Below, in pieces: positions 31,774 to 41,608 of a DNA stretch of 64,000 nt; the stretch's first letter is position 1; the number at the start of each line of letters is the position of its first letter. Source of the stretch: a virus. Location of the stretch: the IMG/VR virus record IMGVR_UViG_3300026473_000011, positions 9,411 to 73,410 of that record; one strand, written 5' to 3'. The notes under the pieces are model-generated. The model was not told the DNA's origin. It saw nothing but the letters and a program-made list of their open reading frames with translations, and made no database searches. A program made the position numbers and the translations under genes.

Positions 31774-34700
31774 TCGAATACAGCACCATCGCCGAATCGA
31801 AACACTTCATCGTCCTGGACAAATACACACAGGAATGGAAAGTCGCAGAAAGTTACCAGAGCGAAAGCGATCTAGAGCGGGAATTTGTTCAAGATCTGGT
31901 CAATCAGGGTTACGAGTATCTACCCGGCCTCAATACGCCTGAGTCCCTGCTTGCAAATGTACGCGTGCAGCTGCAAACGCTCAACAACATGCAGTTTGCA
32001 GATGGCGAGTGGTTGCGTTTTGTCGAGACCTGGTTGGACAAGCCTAGTGATGGCATCGTTGAGAAAACCCGCAAGATTCACGACGACTATATCCACGACT
32101 TCGTCTTTGACGATGGGCGCATCCAGAACATCTACCTGCTGGATAAGAAGAACATCGCCCGCAACAAGGTGCAGGTGATCAAACAGTTCGAGCAGACTGG
32201 CAGTCACGCCAATCGCTATGACGTGACGATTCTGGTGAATGGCCTGCCGCTGGTTCAAGTGGAGCTAAAAAAGCGCGGCGTCGCGATTCGTGAGGCTTTT
32301 AACCAGGTGCACCGGTACAGCAAGGAGAGCTTTAACAGCGAGCATTCTTTGTTCAAGTATCTGCAGCTTTTTGTGATCTCCAACGGTACCGACAGCCGCT
32401 ACTTCGCCAACACCACGGCACGCAACAAGAACAGCTTCGACTTCACCATGAACTGGGCGAAGGCGGACAACAGCCTGATCAAGGATCTGAAAGACTTTAC
32501 CGCCACCTTCTTCCAGAAGCACACCCTGCTTAATGTGCTGCTGCATTACTCGGTGTTTGATGTCAGCAACACGCTGCTGGTGATGCGCCCGTACCAGATT
32601 GCCGCCACGGAGCGCATTCTGTGGAAAATCAACAGCGCGTATCAAGCCAAGAACTGGAGTCAGCTTGAGGGTGGTGGCTTCATCTGGCACACCACCGGTT
32701 CGGGCAAAACCCTGACCAGTTTCAAGGCGGCGCGTTTGACCACGGAGCTGGACTTCATTGACAAGGTGTTTTTCGTGGTGGACCGCAAGGATCTGGATTA
32801 CCAGACCATGAAGGAATACCAGCGCTTTTCACCCGACAGCGTGAATGGCTCGGACAGCACCTCCGGGTTGAAACGCAATCTGGAGAAGGACGACAACAAA
32901 ATCGTCGTCACCACCATCCAGAAGCTCAACAACCTGATGAAGAGCGAAACCGACTTGCCGATCTACGGCAAGCAGGTGGTGTTCATTTTTGATGAATGTC
33001 ACCGCAGCCAGTTTGGTGAAGCCCAGAAGAACCTGAAGAAGAAGTTCAAGAAGTTCTATCAGTTTGGCTTTACCGGCACGCCGATCTTCCCGGAAAACGC
33101 CTTGGGCGCAGAAACCACTGCCAGCGTGTTTGGCCGCGAATTGCATTCTTATGTGATTACCGATGCGATCCGTGATGAAAAGGTGCTGAAGTTCAAGGTG
33201 GATTACAACGATGTGCGCCCGCAGTTCAAGGCCATTGAAACCGAGCAGGATGAGAAGAAACTCAGCGCGGCGGAAAACAAGCAGGCTTTGCTGCACCCGG
33301 ACCGTATCCGCGAGATCACGCAGTACATCCTGAACAACTTCCGCCAGAAAACCCACCGTCTGCAAGCGGGCAATAAAGGCTTTAATGCCATGTTCGCGGT
33401 CAGCAGCGTGGACGCAGCCAAGCTGTATTACGAGTCGTTCCGGGATCTGCAGAAAGGTAGCCAAACGACACAGCGGCCATTGCGAGTGGCCACCATCTTC
33501 TCGTTTGCGGCCAACGAGGAACAGGATGCGGTCGGCGACATTCAGGACGAAAGTTTTGATGTCTCGGCCATGAACAGTAGCGCCAAAGAGTTTTTGAGCG
33601 CAGCCATCGCGGACTACAACGCGCTGTTCAAAACCAACTTCAGCGTGGACAGCAACGGTTTCCAGAACTATTACCGCGATCTGGCCAAGCAGGTCAAAGC
33701 CAAGGAAATCGACCTGCTAATTGTGGTAGGCATGTTCCTGACCGGCTTTGACGCCCCCACGCTGAATACCTTGTTCGTGGACAAAAACTTGCGCTACCAC
33801 GGGCTTATGCAGGCTTACTCGCGTACCAATCGCATTTTTGACGCCACCAAAACCTTTGGCAATATTGTCACCTTCCGCGATCTGGAGCAGGCGACAGTCG
33901 ACGCCATTACCCTGTTCGGTGACACCAATACCAAGAATGTGGTGTTGGAGAAGAGTTACAAGGAGTACATGGAAGGCTTTACCGATGCGGCCACCGGCGA
34001 GGCGCGGCGGGGATTTTTAGAGGTGGTAAAGGAACTTGAGCAGCGTTTTCCTGACCCTGCAGCCATTGAAAAAGAGGCAGACAAAAAAGCCTTTGCGAAA
34101 CTGTTTGGCGAATATTTGCGCGTTGAGAATGTGCTGCAAAACTACGATGAATTCGCCAGCCTGAAAGCCTTGCAAAGCATCGATTTGACCGATCCAGCGG
34201 CGGTGGAAGCGTTCAAGGCCAAACACTATTTGAGCGATGACGATCTGACATCACTGCAAGCTATAACGCTCCCTGCTGAGCGGAAAATTCAGGATTACCG
34301 CTCGACTTACAACGATGTGCGCGACTGGCAACGCCGTGAAAAAGCAGGGACTGAGAAGGATAAATCTGCTATCGATTGGGATGATGTGGTCTTTGAAGTG
34401 GACCTGCTTAAGTCACAGGAAATCAATCTGGACTACATCCTTGAACTGATCTTCGAACACAACAAAAAGATCAAGAGCAAGTCGGACCTGGTGGATGAAG
34501 TACGCCGGGTGATTCGTGCAAGCCTGGGTAATCGTGCCAAAGAGAGCTTGCTGGTCGACTTCATCAATCAGACTGATCTGGACCAGATTGGCGACAAGGC
34601 CAGCGTGATCGATGCCTTCTTCACCTTTGCGCAAGCGGAGCAGCAGCGTGAGGCGCAAGAGCTAATCAGTGCGGAGAACTTGAATGATGAGGCGGCACGT

Positions 34701-34877
34701 CGCTATATCGCTACTTCACTCAAGAGAGAGTTTGCCAGCGATAGCGGCACGGAACTGAACGCCGTGTTGCCCAAGATGAGCCCACTGAACCCGCAATACC
34801 TTACGAAGAAGCAGAGCGTGTTCCAGAAAATCGCCGCTTTTGTGGAAAAGTTTAAAGGCGTGGGTGGGAATGTCTAA
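31770..34877 (+). CDS. hsdR: Type I R-M restriction subunit
   Basis: [35 protein letters not shown]. Confidence 0.97.
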   Translation: MIEYSTIAESKHFIVLDKYTQEWKVAESYQSESDLEREFVQDLVNQGYEYLPGLNTPESLLANVRVQLQTLNNMQFADGEWLRFVETWLDKPSDGIVEKTRKIHDDYIHDFVFDDGRIQNIYLLDKKNIARNKVQVIKQFEQTGSHANRYDVTILVNGLPLVQVELKKRGVAIREAFNQVHRYSKESFNSEHSLFKYLQLFVISNGTDSRYFANTTARNKNSFDFTMNWAKADNSLIKDLKDFTATFFQKHTLLNVLLHYSVFDVSNTLLVMRPYQIAATERILWKINSAYQAKNWSQLEGGGFIWHTTGSGKTLTSFKAARLTTELDFIDKVFFVVDRKDLDYQTMKEYQRFSPDSVNGSDSTSGLKRNLEKDDNKIVVTTIQKLNNLMKSETDLPIYGKQVVFIFDECHRSQFGEAQKNLKKKFKKFYQFGFTGTPIFPENALGAETTASVFGRELHSYVITDAIRDEKVLKFKVDYNDVRPQFKAIETEQDEKKLSAAENKQALLHPDRIREITQYILNNFRQKTHRLQAGNKGFNAMFAVSSVDAAKLYYESFRDLQKGSQTTQRPLRVATIFSFAANEEQDAVGDIQDESFDVSAMNSSAKEFLSAAIADYNALFKTNFSVDSNGFQNYYRDLAKQVKAKEIDLLIVVGMFLTGFDAPTLNTLFVDKNLRYHGLMQAYSRTNRIFDATKTFGNIVTFRDLEQATVDAITLFGDTNTKNVVLEKSYKEYMEGFTDAATGEARRGFLEVVKELEQRFPDPAAIEKEADKKAFAKLFGEYLRVENVLQNYDEFASLKALQSIDLTDPAAVEAFKAKHYLSDDDLTSLQAITLPAERKIQDYRSTYNDVRDWQRREKAGTEKDKSAIDWDDVVFEVDLLKSQEINLDYILELIFEHNKKIKSKSDLVDEVRRVIRASLGNRAKESLLVDFINQTDLDQIGDKASVIDAFFTFAQAEQQREAQELISAENLNDEAARRYIATSLKREFASDSGTELNAVLPKMSPLNPQYLTKKQSVFQKIAAFVEKFKGVGGNV

Positions 34878-34898
34878 AAGGCTTCAAGGGGAATTTTT

Positions 34899-35840
34899 AT
34901 GACATTGAATTTAGCGCAAACCGTACTTAGCTACTTGAAGGCTCGGCCGGATGAGAAGTTGACTGCCCGGCAGATTGCCGAGTGGATTTTTGCCACGTTC
35001 CCAGAGGAATGCCAAGCGAAGAAACAGAGCAGCCAGTTCGTGACCACTGACGCTGAGCTGGTGCAACAGCTGGTCGCAGAAATTAGCTCGCAGCGTCCGC
35101 GTTTGCAAAGACGACACCCAGAGTTGAAGACGACCGAGGGTCGACCGCGCAAATACTATTACTCGGAAAAATCTGACATTGCCGAAGTCGCGGCGGCTGA
35201 GAGCGTAATTGCAGCCTCAACGGCTGAGAGTGGTGATGTCAAGCTCGGTGAACATTCCTTGTACCCCTTACTATCGTCATACATGTGGGAAGAGTTCGGT
35301 ATCTATTCGAAGCGCATCGACGAAAAGCGATCGTCGAATAAAAGAGGGCCCAATGGCAACCGTTGGCTCTACCCGGACGTGGTCGGAATGGAAGATTTGG
35401 GCGCTGATTGGCATCAAGAGGTCCGAGATTGCGTGAATCAATATTCCGATAAGCGCACCAAGCTGTGGTCGTTCGAGGCCAAGCTGTTGATTAACCGATC
35501 GAATGTTCGCGAATGCTTCTTTCAGGCTGTTTCCAACTCGTCATGGGCCAATTTCGGCTATCTTGTCGCAGCGGAAATTGAAGGCCAGGACACGCTCAAA
35601 GAATTGCGAATGCTGTTCGCAGCGCATGGTATCGGCCTGATCAAATTAGATGCTGACAACCCGACTGAAAGTCAGGTGCTGATTCCAGCCCGTGAAAAGG
35701 ACGAGATCGATTGGGACATGGCCAACCGCCTGGCAACAGAAAATCGGGATTTTCTGAAATACGTGACGCTGGTAAAACAGTTCTACCAGACCGGTGAGGC
35801 GCGCCCGGCGGATTGGGACGTTCCGGAAATGAAGGACTGA
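34899..35840 (+). CDS. HrgA/COG2958-like protein (wHTH + PD-(D/E)XK)
   Basis: NRWLYPDVVG, WSFEAK, FFQAVSNSSWANFGYLVA. Confidence 0.85.
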   Translation: MTLNLAQTVLSYLKARPDEKLTARQIAEWIFATFPEECQAKKQSSQFVTTDAELVQQLVAEISSQRPRLQRRHPELKTTEGRPRKYYYSEKSDIAEVAAAESVIAASTAESGDVKLGEHSLYPLLSSYMWEEFGIYSKRIDEKRSSNKRGPNGNRWLYPDVVGMEDLGADWHQEVRDCVNQYSDKRTKLWSFEAKLLINRSNVRECFFQAVSNSSWANFGYLVAAEIEGQDTLKELRMLFAAHGIGLIKLDADNPTESQVLIPAREKDEIDWDMANRLATENRDFLKYVTLVKQFYQTGEARPADWDVPEMKD

Positions 35841-35844
35841 CGGA

Positions 35845-36135
35845 CTATTCCAAATGGCCGATTACGTCGAGACGTTGGTCACCGCGCTGAAATACGCCGA
35901 ACCATGCATCGCGCGAGTCAGCATGCACGCGACCAAGCAACAACGCGAATCCCTCGCTGTCGCACCCCTTCGAGGTGGCAAAGTCGGTTGTATCGAATTT
36001 AGCTTCGCGCACCTGCGTCGTGGCCACAGACTTCATGGCCGATTCGAATAAGTTGAGCAATTTTTCTTTCAGATCGACATCGATGTTGCGAGCGATGACG
36101 TCGTCGATGATGGCACTCTTGAATCTGTAGCTCAT
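35845..36135 (-). CDS. Small hypothetical protein (moron-like)
   Basis: AAGGAG RBS; has its own promoter-like motif upstream. Confidence 0.65.
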   Translation of the reverse strand: MSYRFKSAIIDDVIARNIDVDLKEKLLNLFESAMKSVATTQVREAKFDTTDFATSKGCDSEGFALLLGRVHADSRDAWFGVFQRGDQRLDVIGHLE

Positions 36136-36246
36136 TTCATACTCCTTTAATCGTGCTGACATGAACGCTCTTTTGCACGCCAACACCAAGTTCTTCAGAA
36201 GACTCTAGGATCAGGTGTTGCTTCGTCGCCAATAGTTCTCCGTAAT

Positions 36247-36744
36247 TTATTGAAGAGTTTTTGACTCGCGCTCATACCACCGCTGAATTTCAATGAGCAT
36301 CAACGTAGTCTGCGCAGCATCCCTGCTCAGTTGCTCGCAGCTCACTTCTCCCGCATCTCCTGAGGGAGCAGGTAGAGGGTCGGAGCGGGCTGGAGCAACT
36401 CCGGCGGGAGCTTCGGGAACGGCGGACAGATCCCTGCCACCGGATGAGGGGATGTTGCACACCCCGCCAGCGCGACTGTCAGGCTGGCGATCAGCCAGCA
36501 GCTTTGACCTTTTTGTGTATTCATTTGAGATTTCCTGCGTGATTTGAGATTGGGTCAGCCGCACATCGGCTACGTGCTGCTCTTGCATGGCCTGGGCCTG
36601 CGCGATCTTTTGCTTCTCGGCATCCCAAGCTTTCTGGACACGGGACTCCCCCATCTGCACTCCGCACAACAACGCCATGAGCAGCAGGAGTGCTTCCAGG
36701 ATGTGCGACCAGTTGGCCAGCAAGAATCGGGGGAGCCAGTTCAT
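36247..36744 (-). CDS. Rz-like i-spanin
   Basis: N-terminal TM segment then coiled coil; follows the endolysin. Confidence 0.75.
   Translation of the reverse strand: MNWLPRFLLANWSHILEALLLLMALLCGVQMGESRVQKAWDAEKQKIAQAQAMQEQHVADVRLTQSQITQEISNEYTKRSKLLADRQPDSRAGGVCNIPSSGGRDLSAVPEAPAGVAPARSDPLPAPSGDAGEVSCEQLSRDAAQTTLMLIEIQRWYERESKTLQ
36342..36524 (-). CDS. Rz1-like o-spanin lipoprotein nested in Rz
   Basis: Lipobox LAGC and Pro-rich mature part, in an alternate frame inside Rz. Confidence 0.75.
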   Translation of the reverse strand: MNTQKGQSCWLIASLTVALAGCATSPHPVAGICPPFPKLPPELLQPAPTLYLLPQEMREK

Positions 36745-37205
36745 GCAGTGCCTCCGTCCAAGTCCAGCAGGTTGTGCTGCTTGATCAGGCCAACGACCTT
36801 GTCCGCATATGCGGGGTCGGTCGCATAACCCGCCTGCGCCAGTGCCTTGGCAAAACCCTGGGCCGTGGTGCAAGCAAAGCAGGCCTTGTAGCGGGGGTTG
36901 CGCTTGAGGAACGCGGCGTGGTCATCGATGCTGGCCTGCCAGCTTGGGTACTTGCGCCAGAGAGCTGGCACCACCACCCACTGCCCTTTGATGAACTCCT
37001 TGGTATTCAGGGTCAGGGTCTGGCCGCGCCAGAGGCTGTCCGCTTTGATCCCAAAGAGGTTGTTGCCATTCTTAGCCAATCCAGACTCCCCCCAGGCGGA
37101 CTCAAGGGCGGCCTGTGCGATCGTGATGCTGGCGGGAACACCCGTGGCTTTGGCTGACGCGATGGCGGCCGTGGTGAGCCGCATGATGAATTCACTGGGA
37201 TTCAC
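36741..37205 (-). CDS. Endolysin, glucosaminidase/FlgJ (GH73) type
   Basis: AQAALESAWG, NNLFGIKA, GYATDPAY. Confidence 0.93.
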   Translation of the reverse strand: MNPSEFIMRLTTAAIASAKATGVPASITIAQAALESAWGESGLAKNGNNLFGIKADSLWRGQTLTLNTKEFIKGQWVVVPALWRKYPSWQASIDDHAAFLKRNPRYKACFACTTAQGFAKALAQAGYATDPAYADKVVGLIKQHNLLDLDGGTA

Positions 37206-37585
37206 AGCATCTCCTTCACGTCCTTGGCCACCTCGTCAATGGAGTCGTCGCGGCGCTTGTCAATGAAGGCAAAAGTCCAACGCACCATAGCCCACCCAGG
37301 CAGGCCACAGGCAAAGATCAACCCACCCAGGGCGCACAGCCCCATGGTTGAGAAGGCCCAGTGGTGCAGTCCGAAATGCTCGACGGTAATGGCGCCGCCA
37401 CCAATGCTGGACACCACGGTACTGATCAGGCCCACGGCCCACTCCCGTTTGTTGCGTGGCGGGGTCATCAGCATGACCACCACCGCAGCCAAGGTGGCTC
37501 CACTGGCGGCTGCGGCTGCAGTTCCACCCAAGGCCTTATAGGCCACCGCTGCTCCGGCGACCCCGCTGCTTGTCGGTTCTGGCAT
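37202..37585 (-). CDS. Putative holin
   Basis: About three hydrophobic segments, charged C-terminus, upstream of the endolysin. Confidence 0.75.
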   Translation of the reverse strand: MPEPTSSGVAGAAVAYKALGGTAAAAASGATLAAVVVMLMTPPRNKREWAVGLISTVVSSIGGGAITVEHFGLHHWAFSTMGLCALGGLIFACGLPGWAMVRWTFAFIDKRRDDSIDEVAKDVKEML

Positions 37586-37595
37586 TCGTTTCTCC

Positions 37596-37628
37596 AAAAG
37601 AAAAGCCGCCAGGGCGAACCATGGCGGC
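37596..37628 (-). terminator. Intrinsic terminator-like hairpin after the radical SAM gene
   Basis: GCCGCCA-N10-TGGCGGC followed by TTTTCTTTT on the minus strand. Confidence 0.55.
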
Positions 37629-37665
37629 AAAGAACAAGAAATTGATATGGATTGGTGAGTCAGGC

Positions 37666-39087
37666 CTATGCGGCAACGACTTCAATCGGAAACGTTTTTC
37701 GTTTGTGCAACGTCGGGACAACTGTCTCCATGTCACCCCCCGTTTCTACGAAATCCAGACTGATGACCTCCAAACCGGGATGCCTGCTTCCTCGGATGGC
37801 ATCTGCCTCAATTCGCGTCAGGATCAGGCCCTGGGTCTGGTAATACAGCGCAGCAGCCATGACCGCCAGGTTGTGCGAGAACGAGTTGTCACAAGCGTGG
37901 CTCCAATAGTCGCCCTCAAGGAACAGACAGGCACCCTTGCACAACTGCACCACAGGGCAGCTTGGACATTCATGGCGCGTGCTGAAGTGGTAGGCCGTGT
38001 TGAGTGCAATGTCGTCAAACAGTTCAACATGCCCGATCCTGTGCTTCGTCGAGGCACTCATGTTCTGGCATGTCATGACATTGCCCTTCATGTCCACCGC
38101 GATCGAATCATCCCGGTCCATACCGCATTTCTGGCCCAGGGAAGCCAGCGGTCTGGACTGGGCTTGCGCGCGCATGAATTCATCGACCTTGTCGCGCATC
38201 GTCCCCACAGCCATGCCCGAGCCGGTCACCAGCTCCCAGAACATCTGGTGGCGATAACGGTCGTGATCTGCCCCTTCCAGAGACAGCGACATGCCCCCCT
38301 GGTCATAAGGCAGCATCACCTCTTCGGTGGCCAGCACAATGGCCTGAACTGGCAGGTCAAGCTTTTCAGCGAAGAAATGCCGAACGGCCTTGAGGGACTG
38401 GTTGTGCCGGTGCAGCACTGTGTTGAAGCTCATCCGGTCCAGTGGCATTCGCCGGGACACCCAGCGCTTGATTTGGGCCAGCTTCTCGGGGTCTTCCAGC
38501 GGATCTGGCCCTCGGAAGGACTGCGCAGGGCCGTCATGTGACAGGCCGATCCCGATGTCCAGCGCCTCCACCCAGGCCAGCTTTTCATCATCAAAGAGCG
38601 AGCCGTTGGTCACGATGGACAACTGCGCATTGGGGTAACGCACCTTGACGGCTTCACCCAGTGGCTTGAGCAGCTTCCAGTACACAAAGGGCTCGCCACC
38701 CCAGAACTCAATCTTTACATCTGCGCCCTGCCCGTCCGTGCCTCCGGCAAACCAGCCTTCAAGCTGCTGCATGAATGGAGCGACATCTTCAGGGTGACCG
38801 TCGATGTCATGGGGTTGGTGGGCCTGAGAGCAGTACTGACAGGTGTAGTTGCACTTGAGGCCCAGCTGCAGTTTCAGGTGCCGGATGGCTCTCGATTTCC
38901 CTGTAGGATTGCTCGGGTGATGTACATGCCAGAACGGCTGCCATTGCATGTCCTGCTGCTTGGGGAACGCCTGCGGGAGGGGCAAAGCCTCCCCACTGTT
39001 TTTCCACACCAAGCTGGAATAGTTGGGATCGTAGAGAGCTTGCCGTTCAAAGCCATTGCGCCCATTGAGAGTGAGCGTGAATGTCAT
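37666..39087 (-). CDS. Radical SAM/SPASM-domain enzyme
   Basis: CNYTCQYC, FWGGEP, VTNG, SHDG; SPASM C...C...CPSCPVVQLCKGAC...C. Confidence 0.93.
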   Translation of the reverse strand: MTFTLTLNGRNGFERQALYDPNYSSLVWKNSGEALPLPQAFPKQQDMQWQPFWHVHHPSNPTGKSRAIRHLKLQLGLKCNYTCQYCSQAHQPHDIDGHPEDVAPFMQQLEGWFAGGTDGQGADVKIEFWGGEPFVYWKLLKPLGEAVKVRYPNAQLSIVTNGSLFDDEKLAWVEALDIGIGLSHDGPAQSFRGPDPLEDPEKLAQIKRWVSRRMPLDRMSFNTVLHRHNQSLKAVRHFFAEKLDLPVQAIVLATEEVMLPYDQGGMSLSLEGADHDRYRHQMFWELVTGSGMAVGTMRDKVDEFMRAQAQSRPLASLGQKCGMDRDDSIAVDMKGNVMTCQNMSASTKHRIGHVELFDDIALNTAYHFSTRHECPSCPVVQLCKGACLFLEGDYWSHACDNSFSHNLAVMAAALYYQTQGLILTRIEADAIRGSRHPGLEVISLDFVETGGDMETVVPTLHKRKTFPIEVVAA

Positions 39088-39293
39088 GGCGTGGGCTCCT
39101 CAAACGCGATGGGATAGGCCTCACGGCAGACCTGGGACGGGTCAACGCCGGGCATCGTTGCCAGATTGAATGTGTGACGACCTGAGGCTTTCCCCTCAGA
39201 ATTAGTGACCAATACGGTCATCACCAGGCTCGACGCATCGACCTGTACGACCTTGACCTCGTAGCCCGGTCGGGTTTGAAGATTGAGATTCAT
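39084..39293 (-). CDS. Small hypothetical protein
   Basis: 69 aa; ATGA overlaps on both sides. Confidence 0.7.
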   Translation of the reverse strand: MNLNLQTRPGYEVKVVQVDASSLVMTVLVTNSEGKASGRHTFNLATMPGVDPSQVCREAYPIAFEEPTP

Positions 39294-40003
39294 TGATTTG
39301 ACTCCATGGGATGGACTTGGGCGTGCGCCCGGATCTGTTCGGCTGACCAGGTTTGGTCACCGCCAGAGTCGTCACGGTGGGTGAAGCGGACATTGGTAAC
39401 GATGGCGACCTTGTCGCTTGCGGGATCGAACAGCGGAAACGTGGAATGCTCCAGATAACCCGGAAAAATGAACAACGCCCCTGGAAGGGGCGTCTGTGCG
39501 AAGAGCTTGTTTTCGTGCCGGAGCATCCAGTTGGCCTGCACTGGTCTGGGGTCGTGAAAACACAGGGCGCCAGGCATTCCGACTTCATTGCGTCCCTCTG
39601 TTGGACCTAGATGAACCCGGGGGTAATAAGTGGCCACCAATTGGTTGCCGACATGTCGGTGCGGGATGGCCCACTTTCCCAAACCGCGCTGGCGGTTCAC
39701 GAAGGTGTTGTAGGTCATGGCCAGATCAGAAGGCTCTAGCGAGGGATACGCTTGCCGTACATAGCTGGCGACTCTGTCCTCGATGCAGGCCAGCAATCGC
39801 AGTAGTTCTGCACTGGGCTGCTCGCGCATCATCGACACCGTGTCAGCACGATGTGAAAGCTTCGCAGCGTTCTGGGTGTGGCGCTCGTAAAAACGCTCGG
39901 CTTGCTGCGTCAACGACTCGCGCACATCCTCAAGCTCATCAAGCTGATCGATCAGAACGTGGCTGGGCCACAGGCTCAGCAACCGGGGTGAAGGGGGTGT
40001 CAT
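39290..40003 (-). CDS. 2OG-Fe(II) oxygenase-like protein (TIGR02466-like)
   Basis: PHRH...ATYY...FHDPR...FPGYLEH...IVTN. Confidence 0.8.
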   Translation of the reverse strand: MTPPSPRLLSLWPSHVLIDQLDELEDVRESLTQQAERFYERHTQNAAKLSHRADTVSMMREQPSAELLRLLACIEDRVASYVRQAYPSLEPSDLAMTYNTFVNRQRGLGKWAIPHRHVGNQLVATYYPRVHLGPTEGRNEVGMPGALCFHDPRPVQANWMLRHENKLFAQTPLPGALFIFPGYLEHSTFPLFDPASDKVAIVTNVRFTHRDDSGGDQTWSAEQIRAHAQVHPMESNQ

Positions 40004-40794
40004 CGTGTCAGATCTCCATCAAGAATCATCTGTACTGGGTGTTTGCGGCCATAGAACCGGTTCGGTCGGTAGGTTCTGCTGGGGTGGTCAAACTCGATCC
40101 AAGGCCAGACACTGAAATGCATGCTGCAGCGGCTTCCCATCCAGGAGTCCCGATTGACCAGCGTGTGTTCGTAACCCGAGCAGTTCATCCACAGGCATTC
40201 ACCGAGGTTGAATTTCAGATCACCTACGCCATCGATGGACAAGGCCACACCGGACGATACCGCCAGACAGATGTCCAGCCGGATCTCCTCGAAGACCGAG
40301 GTATCCCGGTGTGGATGAACCAGGGCCTCATCGCGTGGGTTGGGCGGGACCAGAACCGTCAGACGCCCGGAGCCAACCGTGAGCGTGAACTGATCAAGCA
40401 TTGCTCCGATCTCCAGGTAACACCCGACAGGCGAGCGATGCACAAATGCCAGATGGTCTGCACCGCTAAAGCGGCCTGGGTTTTTACAAAGATAGGGGTC
40501 CATTGCGGTCACGGGCTGCCCCGTATGCGCCAGAGACAGATTGCGGAAATAACCTGGACTGGCCTCACTGACCTGAGTCTCCCAGACCTGCGAATCGAAG
40601 CGATCGAACGCCATAGCAAAAGCTTGCTCTAGCCGACTGGGAACCTCGACGCCAGGCACAGCTCGGATCGCCACGAGCTGGTCCAGCGCAGAGTCGGATA
40701 CCGCCGCTACGGCTGATTCAAAGTCTGTCTCTTGCCGCAAGTACGCGGCCACCGTCATGTGATTGGGGATGCTGTCTGCATGTACCTCCCACAT
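40000..40794 (-). CDS. Aspartyl/asparaginyl beta-hydroxylase-like 2OG-Fe(II) oxygenase
   Basis: HPHRD...R...GE...HTLVN...R motif order; start at the TGATG overlap (40794). Confidence 0.65.
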   Translation of the reverse strand: MWEVHADSIPNHMTVAAYLRQETDFESAVAAVSDSALDQLVAIRAVPGVEVPSRLEQAFAMAFDRFDSQVWETQVSEASPGYFRNLSLAHTGQPVTAMDPYLCKNPGRFSGADHLAFVHRSPVGCYLEIGAMLDQFTLTVGSGRLTVLVPPNPRDEALVHPHRDTSVFEEIRLDICLAVSSGVALSIDGVGDLKFNLGECLWMNCSGYEHTLVNRDSWMGSRCSMHFSVWPWIEFDHPSRTYRPNRFYGRKHPVQMILDGDLTR

Positions 40795-41597
40795 CAGCTC
40801 ACCTCTACCGAGGCACTGACCTTGTGGCTGAAATACTTGAATCCGACCTTGATCAGCCCACGGTCCTGAGCCGACAGGCCAAGGGCCATCCAATTGAAGT
40901 GCGCCTCGCCATCAACGAGGGCCACCTTGGTCTTGGGCAGAAATCCTGCTTCACATTCAAGGTAAAGGACGCCACTGCGTGTCTCAACCGCAGGCATGCC
41001 ATTGGTCTCGTAGACCGGCTGGATCAGACGCACGCTACAGGGAACGGTTGCCCCAGCTGCACAAGTGACAGGCACATCCAGTTCGAGGGATGGGAGAACT
41101 GCGTTGTAGAGCGAGACCCGCGAGCGCACTTCCACGAACTCGGCAAAGCCCTCTGGCGACATAGATTCGGGTGAATAGACAAGTACCGCCACTTCCTCAA
41201 TTGGGCTGTCCTCAAAGGGCACAAAAAACAGCACCGTACGCGGATGCAGCGGTCGCCCCAACAGGAACGGATTCTTGTGCAGGTTTGTCTGCGGGAACAC
41301 CGAGTGCAAATGACCCAGATCGTCCCAGCCAAACCGAGCTTCAAGGGCCCAGTTGGTGTGGATGCCCCAGTGCTTGCCTAGGTCGGTGTGTGACTTGATG
41401 GCTTGCGGATCGAAAACAAAGGGGCGTGAGCCATATTCCTTTTCGTGGGTCTCCGGGTGAATTCGCCACGGTGTCACGGTGATCGTCTGAGCCTGCACAT
41501 CGCGCTCGACACGGTAACTCACCGGAAAAGCGCCAAACGATTCGGCCGGCGACGGGATATTGAACAGCCGTCCGCCAACGGTGCTGCTGTCAGTCAT
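40794..41597 (-). CDS. Hypothetical tail-fibre-associated protein, beta-rich C-terminus
   Basis: True start ATG 41597 with AAGGA RBS; 267 aa. Confidence 0.75.
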   Translation of the reverse strand: MTDSSTVGGRLFNIPSPAESFGAFPVSYRVERDVQAQTITVTPWRIHPETHEKEYGSRPFVFDPQAIKSHTDLGKHWGIHTNWALEARFGWDDLGHLHSVFPQTNLHKNPFLLGRPLHPRTVLFFVPFEDSPIEEVAVLVYSPESMSPEGFAEFVEVRSRVSLYNAVLPSLELDVPVTCAAGATVPCSVRLIQPVYETNGMPAVETRSGVLYLECEAGFLPKTKVALVDGEAHFNWMALGLSAQDRGLIKVGFKYFSHKVSASVEVS

Positions 41598-41608
41598 GGT
41601 GATTCCTT

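Noticed and set aside
37666-39087. Radical SAM as a DNA-modification (QueE-like) or anaerobic sulfatase maturase
   Set aside because: No que/dpd genes or sulfatase nearby; it has a full SPASM domain and is coupled to the fibre cassette. Not formally excluded.
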